Source: Chitinophagaceae bacterium (GTDB taxonomy: Bacteria > Bacteroidota > Bacteroidia > Chitinophagales > Chitinophagaceae). Taken from it: a stretch of 64,000 nt of DNA. The notes under the pieces were generated by a model that saw nothing but the letters and a program-made list of their open reading frames with translations, was not told the origin of the DNA and searched no databases. The translations under genes were made by a program, and so were the position numbers. The stretch covers positions 3,990-67,989 of the forward strand of contig JBPCSZ010000038.1 in assembly GCA_051006655.1 (NCBI GenBank), in the 5' to 3' direction. This document shows positions 1 through 9,867 of this stretch, piece by piece; positions within the stretch are counted from its first letter, which is position 1; each line of letters begins with the position of its first letter.

Positions 1-1886
1 ACGGTTTGTCCAATTTGATACACTTTCTTCGTTCTGCGTCCAACCAACGCATATTCATCTTCCACAAATTCAAATTGGTCGCGGTCTTGTAAATGAAACA
101 CCGATACAAAGCCTTCGCAACGTTGTAAGGACGTAGTAGCCCAGAAGCCAAAGGCGGCAACCCCACTAATCACAGCATCAAATTCTTCGCCAATATGCTT
201 GCGCATGAATTCCACTTGTTTGTATTTATTGCCTTCGCGTTCGGCTTCCATGGCCTTGCGTTCACGCTCACTGCAATGACGGCATTTTTCATCCATGTTC
301 GAATCCGCTTCGGCATGTCCGGCCAAACACTGCGCCAAAATACGGTGCACCATCACATCGGGGTAACGACGAATGGGCGAGGTAAAATGGCAATAATGTT
401 CGAAGGCTAAACCGTAGTGTCCAATATTATCGCTTTGATAAACCGCCTTGGCCATGGTGCGAATACCGAGCGTATGCAAAATAGCATCGCCGGGATGCGT
501 TCCTGTTTTGGCAATCATGGCATTAAAGGAAGCCGATATTTTTTGAGGCGATGAGAAATCAAATCGATGTCCAAAGTGTGCCGCAAATTGCGCAAACTGT
601 TTCAGCTTATCAATATCGGGCGTATCGTGAACACGGTAGGGGAAGGGGATATGTTCCTTGCCAATACGCACCTTGCTTACATCGAGCGCCACCATGCGGT
701 TGGCCAATAACATCAGTTCTTCAATGAGTTGATGCGAGGCATTGTTTTCCTTAATCATCACATCGGTGGGCACCCCATATTCATCGAGTACAAAGCGCGA
801 TTCTTCGGAACTAAAATTAATAGCCCCTGCTTTGAATTTACGTTCACGCAATTGTTGCGATAAACCGTGCAAGGTTAATATGGTATCGCGGTGTTCGTGT
901 TCACCACCTTCTATAATGGCTTGCGCTTCTTCGTAAGCAAATCGATGATTGGAATGAATTACGGTACGGCCCATCCAATACGATTGTACTTCGGCCTTGG
1001 TATTCATTTCAACTACTACCGAAAACGTAAACTTGTCTTCGAGTGGGCGTAACGAACATAATCCATTCGAAATTTTTTCGGGCAACATCGGCAAAACCCG
1101 ATCGGGCAAATACACCGAGGTGGCACGTTGATACGCTTCGCGGTCGAGGGCCGAACCCGGCTTTACATAATAACTCACATCCGCAATATGAATGCCTATT
1201 TCATAATGCCCGTTCGGCAAGGTCTTCAACGAAATGGCATCATCGAAATCTTTGGCATCGTGCGGGTCAATGGTAATGGTTAAGGTATCGCGCATATCGC
1301 GACGACGCGCAATTTCTTCTTCGGGTAATACATCGGGAATCGCTTCCGATTCGGCAATTACATCGGCCGGGAATTCCAAGTTAAATCCTTGTTGCAATAA
1401 AATTTCCTTCATGGCAATTTCATTGCTGCGTTCTTCGGTTAAAATATCCGTGACTTGTCCATCCGGATTTTTCATTTTTTCATTCCAACGCACAATACGC
1501 ACAATCACACGGTCGCCATCTTTCACTTTGGCGGCTTCGGCTTCGCCTAAAAATACATCCCGATTAAAGGAAGGATTATCGGGAATCACAAACGCAATGA
1601 GTTTGTTTTTTTGCACCGTACCAATCAACTCGCTTTGTCCACGTTTTACCACTTTCACAATCACGCCTTCGGCGCGACGGGTACGGTGACTCACATTGTA
1701 AATGCTCACTTCCACGGTATCGCCTTGCATGGCATTTTTCAAATTCTCGCGACGAACTATAATGTCTTGCGTCATACCCGTTACACTTACGTAGCCGAGT
1801 CCCGAACGGGCAATATCGAGCACGCCGGTTACGGCCGGGCTATACGCTTGTTTTTTGGCGGTTTGTCTTTTTTTACTTTTAGGCAT
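1..1886 (-). CDS. rnr: Ribonuclease R, N-terminal ~628 codons; the C-terminus runs off the left edge of the window
   Basis: It is absent from the ORF track because it has no stop codon inside the window. The reverse complement from the ATG at 1886 reads MPKSKKRQTAKKQAYSPAVTGVLDIARSGLGYVSVTGMTQDIIVRRENLKNAMQGDTVEVSI..., a typical RNase R N-terminus. The same frame is still open at nt 3 (...DEYALVGRRTKKVYQIGQT). The + strand ORFs at 195-1967 are low-complexity antisense artefacts. Confidence 0.85.
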   Translation of the reverse strand, partial: MPKSKKRQTAKKQAYSPAVTGVLDIARSGLGYVSVTGMTQDIIVRRENLKNAMQGDTVEVSIYNVSHRTRRAEGVIVKVVKRGQSELIGTVQKNKLIAFVIPDNPSFNRDVFLGEAEAAKVKDGDRVIVRIVRWNEKMKNPDGQVTDILTEERSNEIAMKEILLQQGFNLEFPADVIAESEAIPDVLPEEEIARRRDMRDTLTITIDPHDAKDFDDAISLKTLPNGHYEIGIHIADVSYYVKPGSALDREAYQRATSVYLPDRVLPMLPEKISNGLCSLRPLEDKFTFSVVVEMNTKAEVQSYWMGRTVIHSNHRFAYEEAQAIIEGGEHEHRDTILTLHGLSQQLRERKFKAGAINFSSEESRFVLDEYGVPTDVMIKENNASHQLIEELMLLANRMVALDVSKVRIGKEHIPFPYRVHDTPDIDKLKQFAQFAAHFGHRFDFSSPQKISASFNAMIAKTGTHPGDAILHTLGIRTMAKAVYQSDNIGHYGLAFEHYCHFTSPIRRYPDVMVHRILAQCLAGHAEADSNMDEKCRHCSERERKAMEAEREGNKYKQVEFMRKHIGEEFDAVISGVAAFGFWATTSLQRCEGFVSVFHLQDRDQFEFVEDEYALVGRRTKKVYQIGQT

Positions 1887-1891
1887 AGGTA

Positions 1892-3022
1892 TTATAAAAT
1901 TTCCGGATCAATAATGGTGTTTATAGTCGAATCGGTTTCTGCTTCGACTTCGGTTTCAATAAAATAGGGACTTAAAAAATCGTGCACTACTTGTTGAAAT
2001 TCGCTTTCTTGATTGAATAAAATGTCAACCCCAATGGCTTGTACATAAATGGGCCAGCCCATGGGCTCCAATAAATCGCGAATAAGATGCAAGCGTGAGG
2101 CATCTTTTTCGGTGGTTAAAATGAATTTATTTTTCCCCGGCATACTGTCGAAGGCGGCCTTCATTTCTTCCACATCATCGCGTGTAAAATAATGATGGTC
2201 TTTATACGCCAAGTGATGCACAAACGCATAGTGCGAACGTGCCAGTGCCAACAAGGGTTCCGGTTGGGCAATGCCGGTAAGCAATAACACCGAACAGGGT
2301 TCTTCTAAATTGGCGCTTTGCTGTCCCAACGGATAACAACGCGTATAAGCCATTCGGCTAAAAAAGACTTGTTGATGGGGGAGGGGCGCAATTTCCTGCA
2401 ATAAGGCATCGCGTTCGGTTTCGCTTAAGGCTTCCGGACATTTACTCACCACAATCACATCGGCTCGTTGTGCGGCTTTTCGGCTTTCGCGTAAAAGTCC
2501 AAAGGGCATTATATAATCGCGGGTATACATGCGGTTATAATCGCTCAATAAAATATTCAATCCGGGTTTTACACTGCGGTGTTGAAAGGCATCGTCGAGT
2601 AAAATGAGTTGAATATTGGGTTGGCGTTGCAAGAGCTGCGGAATGGCCGTCATGCGTTCTTCCGCCACACAAACCCGCAATTTTGGAAACTTGGCATGGT
2701 ACTGAAAAGGCTCGTCGCCAATATCGTGGGCATCACTTTGTTCGTTGGCCAATAAAAAACCGCGGGTTCTGCGCCGGTAGCCTCGGCTTAAAGTAGCCAC
2801 GCGGTATTGCGGTAATAATAATTCAATCAGGTATTCTATATGCGGGGTTTTGCCCGTGCCGCCTACCGTTAAATTGCCCACACTAATTACAGGTAAACTG
2901 AATTTAATCGAGGAACTTAATCCCCAATCGTACAATTTATTCCGCAACCAAACTATGATTCCGTAAAGCAAAGCCAAGGGCAAGGTGGCATACCGTAAAA
3001 CGTTCAGTAAAAATGTTTTCAT
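1892..3022 (-). CDS. lpxK: Tetraacyldisaccharide 4'-kinase
   Basis: 376 aa with an N-terminal TM segment and the P-loop VISVGNLTVGGTGKTP characteristic of LpxK. Its stop lies 5 nt upstream of the rnr start, which suggests an operon. Confidence 0.9.
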   Translation of the reverse strand: MKTFLLNVLRYATLPLALLYGIIVWLRNKLYDWGLSSSIKFSLPVISVGNLTVGGTGKTPHIEYLIELLLPQYRVATLSRGYRRRTRGFLLANEQSDAHDIGDEPFQYHAKFPKLRVCVAEERMTAIPQLLQRQPNIQLILLDDAFQHRSVKPGLNILLSDYNRMYTRDYIMPFGLLRESRKAAQRADVIVVSKCPEALSETERDALLQEIAPLPHQQVFFSRMAYTRCYPLGQQSANLEEPCSVLLLTGIAQPEPLLALARSHYAFVHHLAYKDHHYFTRDDVEEMKAAFDSMPGKNKFILTTEKDASRLHLIRDLLEPMGWPIYVQAIGVDILFNQESEFQQVVHDFLSPYFIETEVEAETDSTINTIIDPEIL

Positions 3023-3148
3023 GCAAGAAATTAAAACAATCCTAAAATAGGATTCACCAAGGCCTTTTGAAAGGAATTAAACACGCTTAAAAGTACGCAA
3101 ACATTTTATTCAATGTATATTTACGCACTTCTTTAAGGTTTAATTATC

Positions 3149-3691
3149 ATGCTCGAAACCCTCGTTGAAATTTTAAAATATACCATTCCCGGCTTGGTGG
3201 TATTGATTGCCGTTGTTTTAATTGTCAATAAGTTTCTCATCAAAGAAACGGAAATGAAACGCATGGCCATTTTTAGTAACCAATCCGACACCGCATTGCG
3301 CTTACGCCTACAAGCCTACGAACGCTTAACCCTCTGTGTGGAACGCATGCATCCGCGCAGTTTAATTGCGCGCTTGTATCAACAAGAATTCAGCGTGCAA
3401 GATTTGCAATTGCAAATGATTCAAACCATTCGCGCTGAACTGGAATACAATTTGTCGCAACAACTGTATGTATCGCACGAAGTTTGGCAAACCATTCGCG
3501 CGGTGGCCGAACAAGAAATTGCCATGATTAACCGCGCGGCCAGCACGTGTGCCATGGGCGAACCCGCGAATGTGTTGGTTAAAAAAATCACGGAACATAT
3601 TTTAACGTCCGAAACCACCATGCCCACCGATATCGCCTTGGAAGCCCTCAACCGCGAAGCCAAATTCGCCATCTTCCCGCCACAACCTTAA
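3149..3691 (+). CDS. Hypothetical membrane-anchored protein
   Basis: 180-aa ORF with one N-terminal hydrophobic helix (IPGLVVLIAVVLIV). I recognise no family motif. The antisense ORFs inside it are shorter. Confidence 0.55.
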   Translation: MLETLVEILKYTIPGLVVLIAVVLIVNKFLIKETEMKRMAIFSNQSDTALRLRLQAYERLTLCVERMHPRSLIARLYQQEFSVQDLQLQMIQTIRAELEYNLSQQLYVSHEVWQTIRAVAEQEIAMINRAASTCAMGEPANVLVKKITEHILTSETTMPTDIALEALNREAKFAIFPPQP

Positions 3692-3704
3692 TTTGGATTA
3701 GCGC

Positions 3705-5090
3705 ATGGATTTACTGCAATATCAACACGTATTTTTTATTGGCGTTGCCGGGGCCGGTATGAGCGCCATAGCCCAATACATGGCCGGCATCGGAAAATCG
3801 GTGAGCGGCAGCGACCGTTTATTTACCGCATCGCCCCACGATACAACGCGTTTTAAACTCGAAGCCGAAGGCATTCATTGCTTCAATCAAGATGGTTCGG
3901 GTATCGACGAAAATACCCAAATGGTGGTAATTTCTACCGCCATCGAAGAAACGAATCCTGAAATAATCAAAGCCCGAGCCCTGCATATTCCCTTGGTATT
4001 ACGGGCCGATTTATTGGCCGCTATCTGCGCCTCACGCAAAACCATTGCCGTGGCCGGTACCTCCGGAAAATCAACCGTTACCGGTATGCTTTTTCATGTG
4101 ATGCAAGCTTGCGGATGGAGCCCCTCCTTCATTAGTGGCGCCGGTTTGGTAAGCCTGCAACAACAAGGTAAAATTGGAAACGCCCACGTAGGAAAAAGCG
4201 ATTGGCTCATTATTGAAGCCGATGAAAGCGACGGCACCTTGGTGAAATACCATCCTTATATCGGGCTCCTCCTTAGCATCGATAAAGACCATAAAGAAAT
4301 TGCCGAACTCAACGAATTGTTTCGCTTGTTTCAAGCCCATACCGAAGGTCCCTTTATTGTGAATGCCTCGCACCCCTTGGCCGCCGCGCTTTCGGTGAAT
4401 AAGCAATATGATTTTGGACAAGGCACGGCCTTACAAGGAACCCATTTTCAACAAGAGGGATTTTCCATTCAATTTCAAATTGAACCCGATGGGGAAGCTT
4501 ATACCGTAAGCGTTCCCACCCTTGGCGAACACAATATGGAAAACGCCTTGGCCTGTTTGGCTGTAGCCCGTTGCATTGGTATGCCTATGCCCGATGCCGT
4601 TCAAGCCTTATCGAATTATGCCGGTATTTACCGTCGGCATCAATTGTTGGGACAAGCCAAGGGCATTACCGTGATCGACGATTATGCCCATAATCCCGCT
4701 AAAATTGCGGCTTCCATCAAAGCCTGTCAACCCATTGCCCCTAAATTAGTGGCCTGGTTTCAACCCCATGGCTACGGACCAACCCGCTTTATTCGCAAAG
4801 AATTAGTAGAAGAAATTGCCAATACCCTTCGTGCCAACGATGAAATTTGGATGAGCGAAATTTATTATGCCGGAGGTACCGCCGTGAAAGATATTTCTGC
4901 CGCCGATTTAATTCACGACCTGCAAGCGAAAGGCATCAAGGCCCATTTCGTGGCCAATCGCACCGAACTCTTCACCGAACTCGTGCCGCAATTAGAAAAC
5001 AATACCGTATTACTGTTAATGGGCGCTCGCGATCCGGGCTTGGAAGCCTTCACCGCCAAGGTGTACAACATGGTAACGCAACGGACTTAG
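3705..5090 (+). CDS. Mur ligase family protein, MurC-like (UDP-N-acetylmuramate--L-alanine ligase type)
   Basis: 461 aa. It has the N-terminal Rossmann motif [20 protein letters not shown], the ATP-binding loop [18 protein letters not shown], and a C-terminal Mur ligase region. It is not in a dcw-type context, so whether it is the primary murC or a paralog cannot be decided here. Confidence 0.75.
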   Translation: MDLLQYQHVFFIGVAGAGMSAIAQYMAGIGKSVSGSDRLFTASPHDTTRFKLEAEGIHCFNQDGSGIDENTQMVVISTAIEETNPEIIKARALHIPLVLRADLLAAICASRKTIAVAGTSGKSTVTGMLFHVMQACGWSPSFISGAGLVSLQQQGKIGNAHVGKSDWLIIEADESDGTLVKYHPYIGLLLSIDKDHKEIAELNELFRLFQAHTEGPFIVNASHPLAAALSVNKQYDFGQGTALQGTHFQQEGFSIQFQIEPDGEAYTVSVPTLGEHNMENALACLAVARCIGMPMPDAVQALSNYAGIYRRHQLLGQAKGITVIDDYAHNPAKIAASIKACQPIAPKLVAWFQPHGYGPTRFIRKELVEEIANTLRANDEIWMSEIYYAGGTAVKDISAADLIHDLQAKGIKAHFVANRTELFTELVPQLENNTVLLLMGARDPGLEAFTAKVYNMVTQRT

Positions 5091-5488
5091 TGCCGTTTGA
5101 TGTGTTGCTTGATATAGTCGGCAATTTCGGTAGTTGGTGTACCCGGGCTAAACAATTCGCCCACACCCATGGCTTTCAAGGCCGCCCGATCATCTTCGGG
5201 AATAATACCACCACCGGTCAACAAAATATGGTCTAAGTGATTGGCCTTTAAACGTTCCACCAAGGCCGGAAAAACCGTCATGTGCGCACCCGATAAAATG
5301 CTTACGCCAATGGCATCCACATCTTCTTGCAAGGCCGCCTGCACCACCATATCGGGCGTCTGCCGAAGTCCGGTATAAATCACCTCCATGCCGGCATCTT
5401 TCAAGGCCGCCGCAATCACTTTCGCCCCGCGGTCATGTCCGTCTAAACCTACTTTGGCAATCAATACCCGAATTGGACCATCACTCAT
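5087..5488 (-). CDS. Cobalamin (B12)-binding domain protein, methylmalonyl-CoA mutase C-terminal domain type
   Basis: 133 aa. [34 protein letters not shown] matches the DxHxxG B12-binding signature of MCM-like small subunits. It converges on the Mur ligase gene with a 4-nt overlap. Confidence 0.85.
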   Translation of the reverse strand: MSDGPIRVLIAKVGLDGHDRGAKVIAAALKDAGMEVIYTGLRQTPDMVVQAALQEDVDAIGVSILSGAHMTVFPALVERLKANHLDHILLTGGGIIPEDDRAALKAMGVGELFSPGTPTTEIADYIKQHIKRH

Positions 5489-5570
5489 GTTGTTCTATTT
5501 TCGAAGCACAAACTTAATCCAATTTTCGGAATCCTAAGCGTGTAGGCCTGCTCCGTAAGTGTTTTCTTTT

Positions 5571-5730
5571 GGCAGCGCATCGGGGTGGGGACTTCATCTG
5601 CTTCCCGTGTTCCGCTCATAGTCCCTCGGCATCACGGCCCCGCGCCCAACGCTTCGCTCGGCGCGTGCCCGCTCACCTTCGGGCGCTAACCGCTGCACCC
5701 GGGGCTGTCCGCCCGAGGCGGATCATCGCC
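5571..5730. repeat. GC-rich intergenic element, a diverged member of the family seen at 14521, 42504, 21535 and 55131
   Basis: About 160 bp of strongly GC-rich sequence. It starts GGCAGCGCATCGGGGTGGGGAC (compare GGCTGCGGGATACAAAGGGGAAGAC at 14521) and ends GGGGCTGTCCGCCCGAGGCGGATCATCG. It lies between a terminator and the start of the B12-domain gene. Confidence 0.5.
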
Positions 5731-5762
5731 TTCTTCTTTTTTCATCATCGAAAACAGCCCAT

Positions 5763-5788
5763 AAAAAAAGGCTGTCCATTAGACAGCC
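5763..5788 (-). terminator. Rho-independent terminator of the DUF1573 gene pair
   Basis: GGCTGTC-cauua-GACAGCC hairpin flanked by an A-run and a T-run, 24 nt downstream of the stop at 5812. Confidence 0.6.
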
Positions 5789-5811
5789 TTTTCACGATAT
5801 AAACATCGAAA

Positions 5812-6267
5812 TTATTTCGCGGGTCCGTTTTGAATATTCGGATTCAGCTTAATACTATTGTCGGTATTGGTTTCCGAAATTACATTCCCTTTGATGTAAA
5901 TCTCGTAACGCTCTTTGTCGCCACGGGCATTGGAAGCAATGTAAACGGTTTTGTTGAATGAACCAACACGGCCTTTGGTATCGTACTTCACGGTAATTTT
6001 CCCTTTTTGTCCGGGCATAATTGGATCTTTCGTCCAATTTGGCGTGGTACAACCACACGAAGCCGAGCAATTTTGAATAATTAAGGGCTCCTTACCGCCG
6101 TTCACAAATACGAAATCAACCTGTGCTTGTGGTCCTTCTTTGATATTCCCAAAATCGTGGGTTTCTTCTAAAAACTTGAAAATGGGTCCGTTTGGATTAT
6201 TGTTTTGGGCCTGAACGGTAAACACCGCTAAGCATAACAATACCGCGAGAGATAGTATTTTTTTCAT
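5812..6267 (-). CDS. DUF1573 domain-containing secreted protein
   Basis: 151 aa with a signal peptide and the motif CSASCGCTTPNWTKDPIMPGQKGKITVKYDT, typical of DUF1573. Confidence 0.8.
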   Translation of the reverse strand: MKKILSLAVLLCLAVFTVQAQNNNPNGPIFKFLEETHDFGNIKEGPQAQVDFVFVNGGKEPLIIQNCSASCGCTTPNWTKDPIMPGQKGKITVKYDTKGRVGSFNKTVYIASNARGDKERYEIYIKGNVISETNTDNSIKLNPNIQNGPAK

Positions 6268-6289
6268 AGTGGAAAACGAGAATTAAAAA

Positions 6290-6817
6290 TTAATGTTTCA
6301 TGATAGAACCATTGTCGGCAGGTACCGAAGACGTAGGGGCTTTTTCTACATTCCCCGAAATCTTAATCACCTTAGTACCTACATTCGAATTAACCGTGAT
6401 GGTTTTTACGAAATTACCCGGGCGACCTTGTGTGCTATACGTAGCGGTAATTTTTCCTTTTTTACCGGGCATAACGGGTTCTTTTGTCCAAGTAGGGGTT
6501 GTACAACCGCAAGAGGCTTGAACACCACTTAATACGATAGGTTCTTTCCCAATATTGGTGAATTCGAAATCGGTGCTTACCGATGGACCTTCCGGAACGG
6601 TACCGAAATTATGTTCTTCGGTGCTGAACTTCATGGCCGCATCCGGATTTTGATTATTGGTTGTACCTAACTGAGGTTGAGCAGCCGCGGGAACCGGAGC
6701 AACTTGTGCAGCAGGAACGGCTTTGTCGGCAGCCGGTTTAGCGGCATTCTTCTTTTGAGCTTGCGTAGAAACAGCGAAAAGACTGATGGCAGTGAACAAG
6801 AGAATCGTTTTCTTCAT
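6290..6817 (-). CDS. DUF1573 domain-containing secreted protein (tandem paralog)
   Basis: 175 aa with a signal peptide, an Ala/Pro-rich linker and the motif QASCGCTTPTWTKEPVMPGKKGKITATYST. Confidence 0.8.
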   Translation of the reverse strand: MKKTILLFTAISLFAVSTQAQKKNAAKPAADKAVPAAQVAPVPAAAQPQLGTTNNQNPDAAMKFSTEEHNFGTVPEGPSVSTDFEFTNIGKEPIVLSGVQASCGCTTPTWTKEPVMPGKKGKITATYSTQGRPGNFVKTITVNSNVGTKVIKISGNVEKAPTSSVPADNGSIMKH

Positions 6818-7114
6818 TTTGTTTAATTTTTATGTTACCAAAAATACCGACAATTTTAATTGCGTGTTTCCTAGGGTGGTTAAGTCAAGGTTAAGTGGAA
6901 CGGCTTTAACACACCCTTTTAATTTCTAAATTTTTCGTAAACACCATTTTTAAATTCATATCCTGTTCCAATTTCCCAATGCGGTCTCCCAAATGGGGTG
7001 CTTATTGTTCAAACTACCCGCTTACCCTGAAAAAATAGGCGTGTTATTCAGGCTTTCCCGCTTCGCCGTCGACGAATTATATTGTAATATTGTAGGTTGA
7101 AAACCACATACATT

Positions 7115-9502
7115 ATGAAGGGGGCCAGCGCAATGCAAACCGAAGAAAAACTTTCGTTCGACGATTTTAAAGAACAAGTGCTCAACGATTACCGCACGGC
7201 ATTAGAAAGCCGCGAAGCCAGTTTATTGGGCCGCAAAGAAGTATTGACAGGCAAAGCTAAATTCGGCATTTTTGGTGATGGCAAAGAATTAGCCCAGTTG
7301 GCCATGGCCAAAGTGTTTAAAGAAGGCGATATCCGTTCGGGCTATTACCGCGATCAAACCTTTATGTTCGCCTCGGGCATGAGTAATTTAGAACAATTCT
7401 TTTCTCAATTATATGCCAATCCCGATGTTGATGCCGAACCCAGCAGTGCCGGCCGTCAAATGAATGGACATTATGCTACCCGCTGGCTCGATGAATCCGG
7501 CAACTGGAAATCGCTCACGGAAGGCAAGAATTCCTCGGCCGATATTTCACCCACCGCCGGACAAATGGTGCGTGGTTTAGGCTTGGCCTTCGCATCGAAA
7601 TTATACCGTAAACAAGAAAACTTACACGCATTCACCGAGTTCTCGAATAAAGGGAATGAAGTATGTTTCGCTACCATCGGCGACGCTTCGACCAGTGAAG
7701 GCTTGTTTTGGGAAACCCTCAATGCCGCCGGGGTTATGAAAGTGCCTTTAGCGGTATTTTGTTGGGACGATGGTTATGGCATTTCGGTTCCCCGCAAATA
7801 CCAAACCACCAAAAATTCAATTTCAAAAGCCCTGAGTGGCTTCCAACACGACGAAGAAACCGGCGGCGTGGATATCTACACGGTAAAAGGTTGGGATTAT
7901 GCTTCCTTGCTGGAAACTTTTGAACGCGGAATTGCCCGCGTGCGCGAAACCCATATCCCGGCCTTGTTTCATGTGCAAGAAATTACCCAACCCCAAGGTC
8001 ATTCCACCTCGGGTTCCCACGAACGGTATAAAACCAAAGAACGCTTGGCTTGGGAAAAAGAAATGGATTGCATTTTAATGATGCGCCGTTTTATTTTAGA
8101 GAATACCATTGCCCAAGAAGAGGAATTGCTAGCCATTGAAAATGAAGCCCGTGAAACGGTATTGGCCGCTAAAAAATCGGCTTGGGATAAGTTCATTGCC
8201 CCCATTAAAAACCAAATCAGCGAAGCCGAAACCTTAATTCAAGCCCTCATTTATGAAGGCGGGGAGCATAGCCAAACCATAGCCGCTCAATTACAAGAAT
8301 TAAAAAGCATTCGCGAACCGCTTCGTCGCGATGTATTGCGCACCGTTGCCCGTGTATTGAACCGGGCCGGAAATACACCGGCCGCCGAGGCCTTGAAAGC
8401 CTTACAAACTCGCTTGAAAAACGATGCCGCCGAAAAGTATAATGCGCAATTGTATTCGCGTTCCAATCAAAGCATTGCCCAAATTCCGGAAGTAAAACCC
8501 GAATTTGCCAACGATACCCACTTGAATGGTTTTGAAATTTTGAACCAATATTTCGATCATGTATTAGCTACCAACCCCAAAGTATTTGCCTTTGGCGAAG
8601 ATGTTGGACATATTGGCGATGTAAACCAAGGCTTTGCCGGTTTGCAAGAAAAACATGGCAAATGGCGTGTATTCGATACCGGTATTCGCGAAGCCACCAT
8701 CATGGGGCAGGGAATAGGCATGGCCATGCGCGGCTTGCGCCCCATTGCCGAAATTCAATACCTCGATTATTTATTGTACGGACTCCAACCCCTCAGCGAT
8801 GATGTGGCTACCTTGCAATACCGAACTAAAGGTGGACAAAAATGCCCGCTCATTGTGCGTACCCGTGGCCACCGCTTAGAAGGTGTTTGGCATAGTGGTT
8901 CGCCCATGGGAATGATTGTTCACGCCCTCCGTGGCATGCATGTTTGCGTACCGCGTAATATGGTGCAAGCAGCGGGTATGTACAATACTTTATTGCAATC
9001 GGATGAACCCGGTTTGGTGGTAGAATGTTTGAACGGTTATCGCCTCAAAGAACGTGTTCCTTCAAATTTGTACGACATGACGGTGCCATTGGGTGTTCCC
9101 GATATTATTCAAGAAGGTACCGATATTACCGTGGTTTCCTATGGTTCTACCTTGCGGGTTATTCAAGAAGCTATCAAAGAATACCTTGAACCGGCCGGTG
9201 TTTCGGTGGAATTGGTGGATGTGCAAACCCTCTTGCCTTTCGATATCAATCACCGCATTTTAGAATCCTTGAAGAAAACCAGTCGCATTATTTTCATCGA
9301 TGAAGATGTGCCCGGAGGTGCTTCGGCCTATATGTATCAGCAAGTAATGGAAGTACAAGGTGGTTTCCGTTGGCTCGATGCCACCCCACGTACCATGAGC
9401 GCCCAACCGCATCGCCCTGCCTATGGTAGCGATGGCGATTACTTCTCGAAACCCAATGCCGAAGATATTGCCGAAGCCATTATGCAAGTGGTGGCCGAAT
9501 AA
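7115..9502 (+). CDS. Fused alpha/beta E1 component of a 2-oxoacid (branched-chain type) dehydrogenase
   Basis: About 795 aa. The N-terminal half has a TPP-binding E1-alpha fold (FATIGDASTSEGLFWE). The C-terminal half is E1-beta/transketolase-like (FGEDVG..GGVF, IAEIQYLDY). The track starts at TTG 7097; ATG 7115 or 7133 is the more likely start. Confidence 0.85.
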   Translation: MKGASAMQTEEKLSFDDFKEQVLNDYRTALESREASLLGRKEVLTGKAKFGIFGDGKELAQLAMAKVFKEGDIRSGYYRDQTFMFASGMSNLEQFFSQLYANPDVDAEPSSAGRQMNGHYATRWLDESGNWKSLTEGKNSSADISPTAGQMVRGLGLAFASKLYRKQENLHAFTEFSNKGNEVCFATIGDASTSEGLFWETLNAAGVMKVPLAVFCWDDGYGISVPRKYQTTKNSISKALSGFQHDEETGGVDIYTVKGWDYASLLETFERGIARVRETHIPALFHVQEITQPQGHSTSGSHERYKTKERLAWEKEMDCILMMRRFILENTIAQEEELLAIENEARETVLAAKKSAWDKFIAPIKNQISEAETLIQALIYEGGEHSQTIAAQLQELKSIREPLRRDVLRTVARVLNRAGNTPAAEALKALQTRLKNDAAEKYNAQLYSRSNQSIAQIPEVKPEFANDTHLNGFEILNQYFDHVLATNPKVFAFGEDVGHIGDVNQGFAGLQEKHGKWRVFDTGIREATIMGQGIGMAMRGLRPIAEIQYLDYLLYGLQPLSDDVATLQYRTKGGQKCPLIVRTRGHRLEGVWHSGSPMGMIVHALRGMHVCVPRNMVQAAGMYNTLLQSDEPGLVVECLNGYRLKERVPSNLYDMTVPLGVPDIIQEGTDITVVSYGSTLRVIQEAIKEYLEPAGVSVELVDVQTLLPFDINHRILESLKKTSRIIFIDEDVPGGASAYMYQQVMEVQGGFRWLDATPRTMSAQPHRPAYGSDGDYFSKPNAEDIAEAIMQVVAE

Positions 9503-9505
9503 AAC

Positions 9506-9850
9506 ATGCGTATGAAATGGCTCAATGGTTTATTGGTCTTGGCATTATGGAGCATGGTACAAGCCTGTTCCCCTTCGCCTAAAAAAATGATTATTGGCAA
9601 ATGGCAATGCGAGCAAGATTGGTTTCAATTTCATGAAGACAATACCTACGATGGTGGAAAGGCCATTATTACCTTATTGAATAAGGCCCGTTACACCCTC
9701 GATGAAGAACAACATACCTTGACCTTATACACCGACAACGAAAAATCGACCTTTTATTTAGATTATGAGTTTCGGGGAAAGGACACCTTATTATTGCATA
9801 ACAAACTCAATGCCGAACACATTCAAGCCATATATGTTCGGCAACCTTAG
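9506..9850 (+). CDS. Hypothetical lipoprotein
   Basis: 114 aa with signal peptide plus lipobox LWSMVQAC. No recognisable family. Confidence 0.5.
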   Translation: MRMKWLNGLLVLALWSMVQACSPSPKKMIIGKWQCEQDWFQFHEDNTYDGGKAIITLLNKARYTLDEEQHTLTLYTDNEKSTFYLDYEFRGKDTLLLHNKLNAEHIQAIYVRQP

Positions 9851-9867
9851 ACCGCGAAGATGACAAT

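Noticed and set aside
195-1967. Five + strand ORFs (71-151 aa) covering the left end of the window
   Set aside because: Their translations are low-complexity (Ser/Arg/His-rich) and match no family. The opposite strand carries one uninterrupted RNase R reading frame from 1886 to the window edge, so these are antisense shadows.
5489-5760. Possible adenosylcobalamin riboswitch in the leader of the B12-binding-domain gene
   Set aside because: Reading the minus strand, I find no B12-box (GCCACTG-like core) and none of the conserved GGTGAAA/GGGAA junction elements. The sequence instead resembles the dispersed GC-rich element family.
5569-5802. ORFs running through the GC-rich elements (5569-5802, 14384-14713, 42418-42681, 42498-42764, 42549-42791, 54973-55194)
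   Set aside because: They are open only because GC-rich repeats lack stop codons. Several overlap each other on both strands, the peptides are Arg/Ala/Ser low-complexity, and the shared peptide fragments simply reflect the shared DNA repeat.
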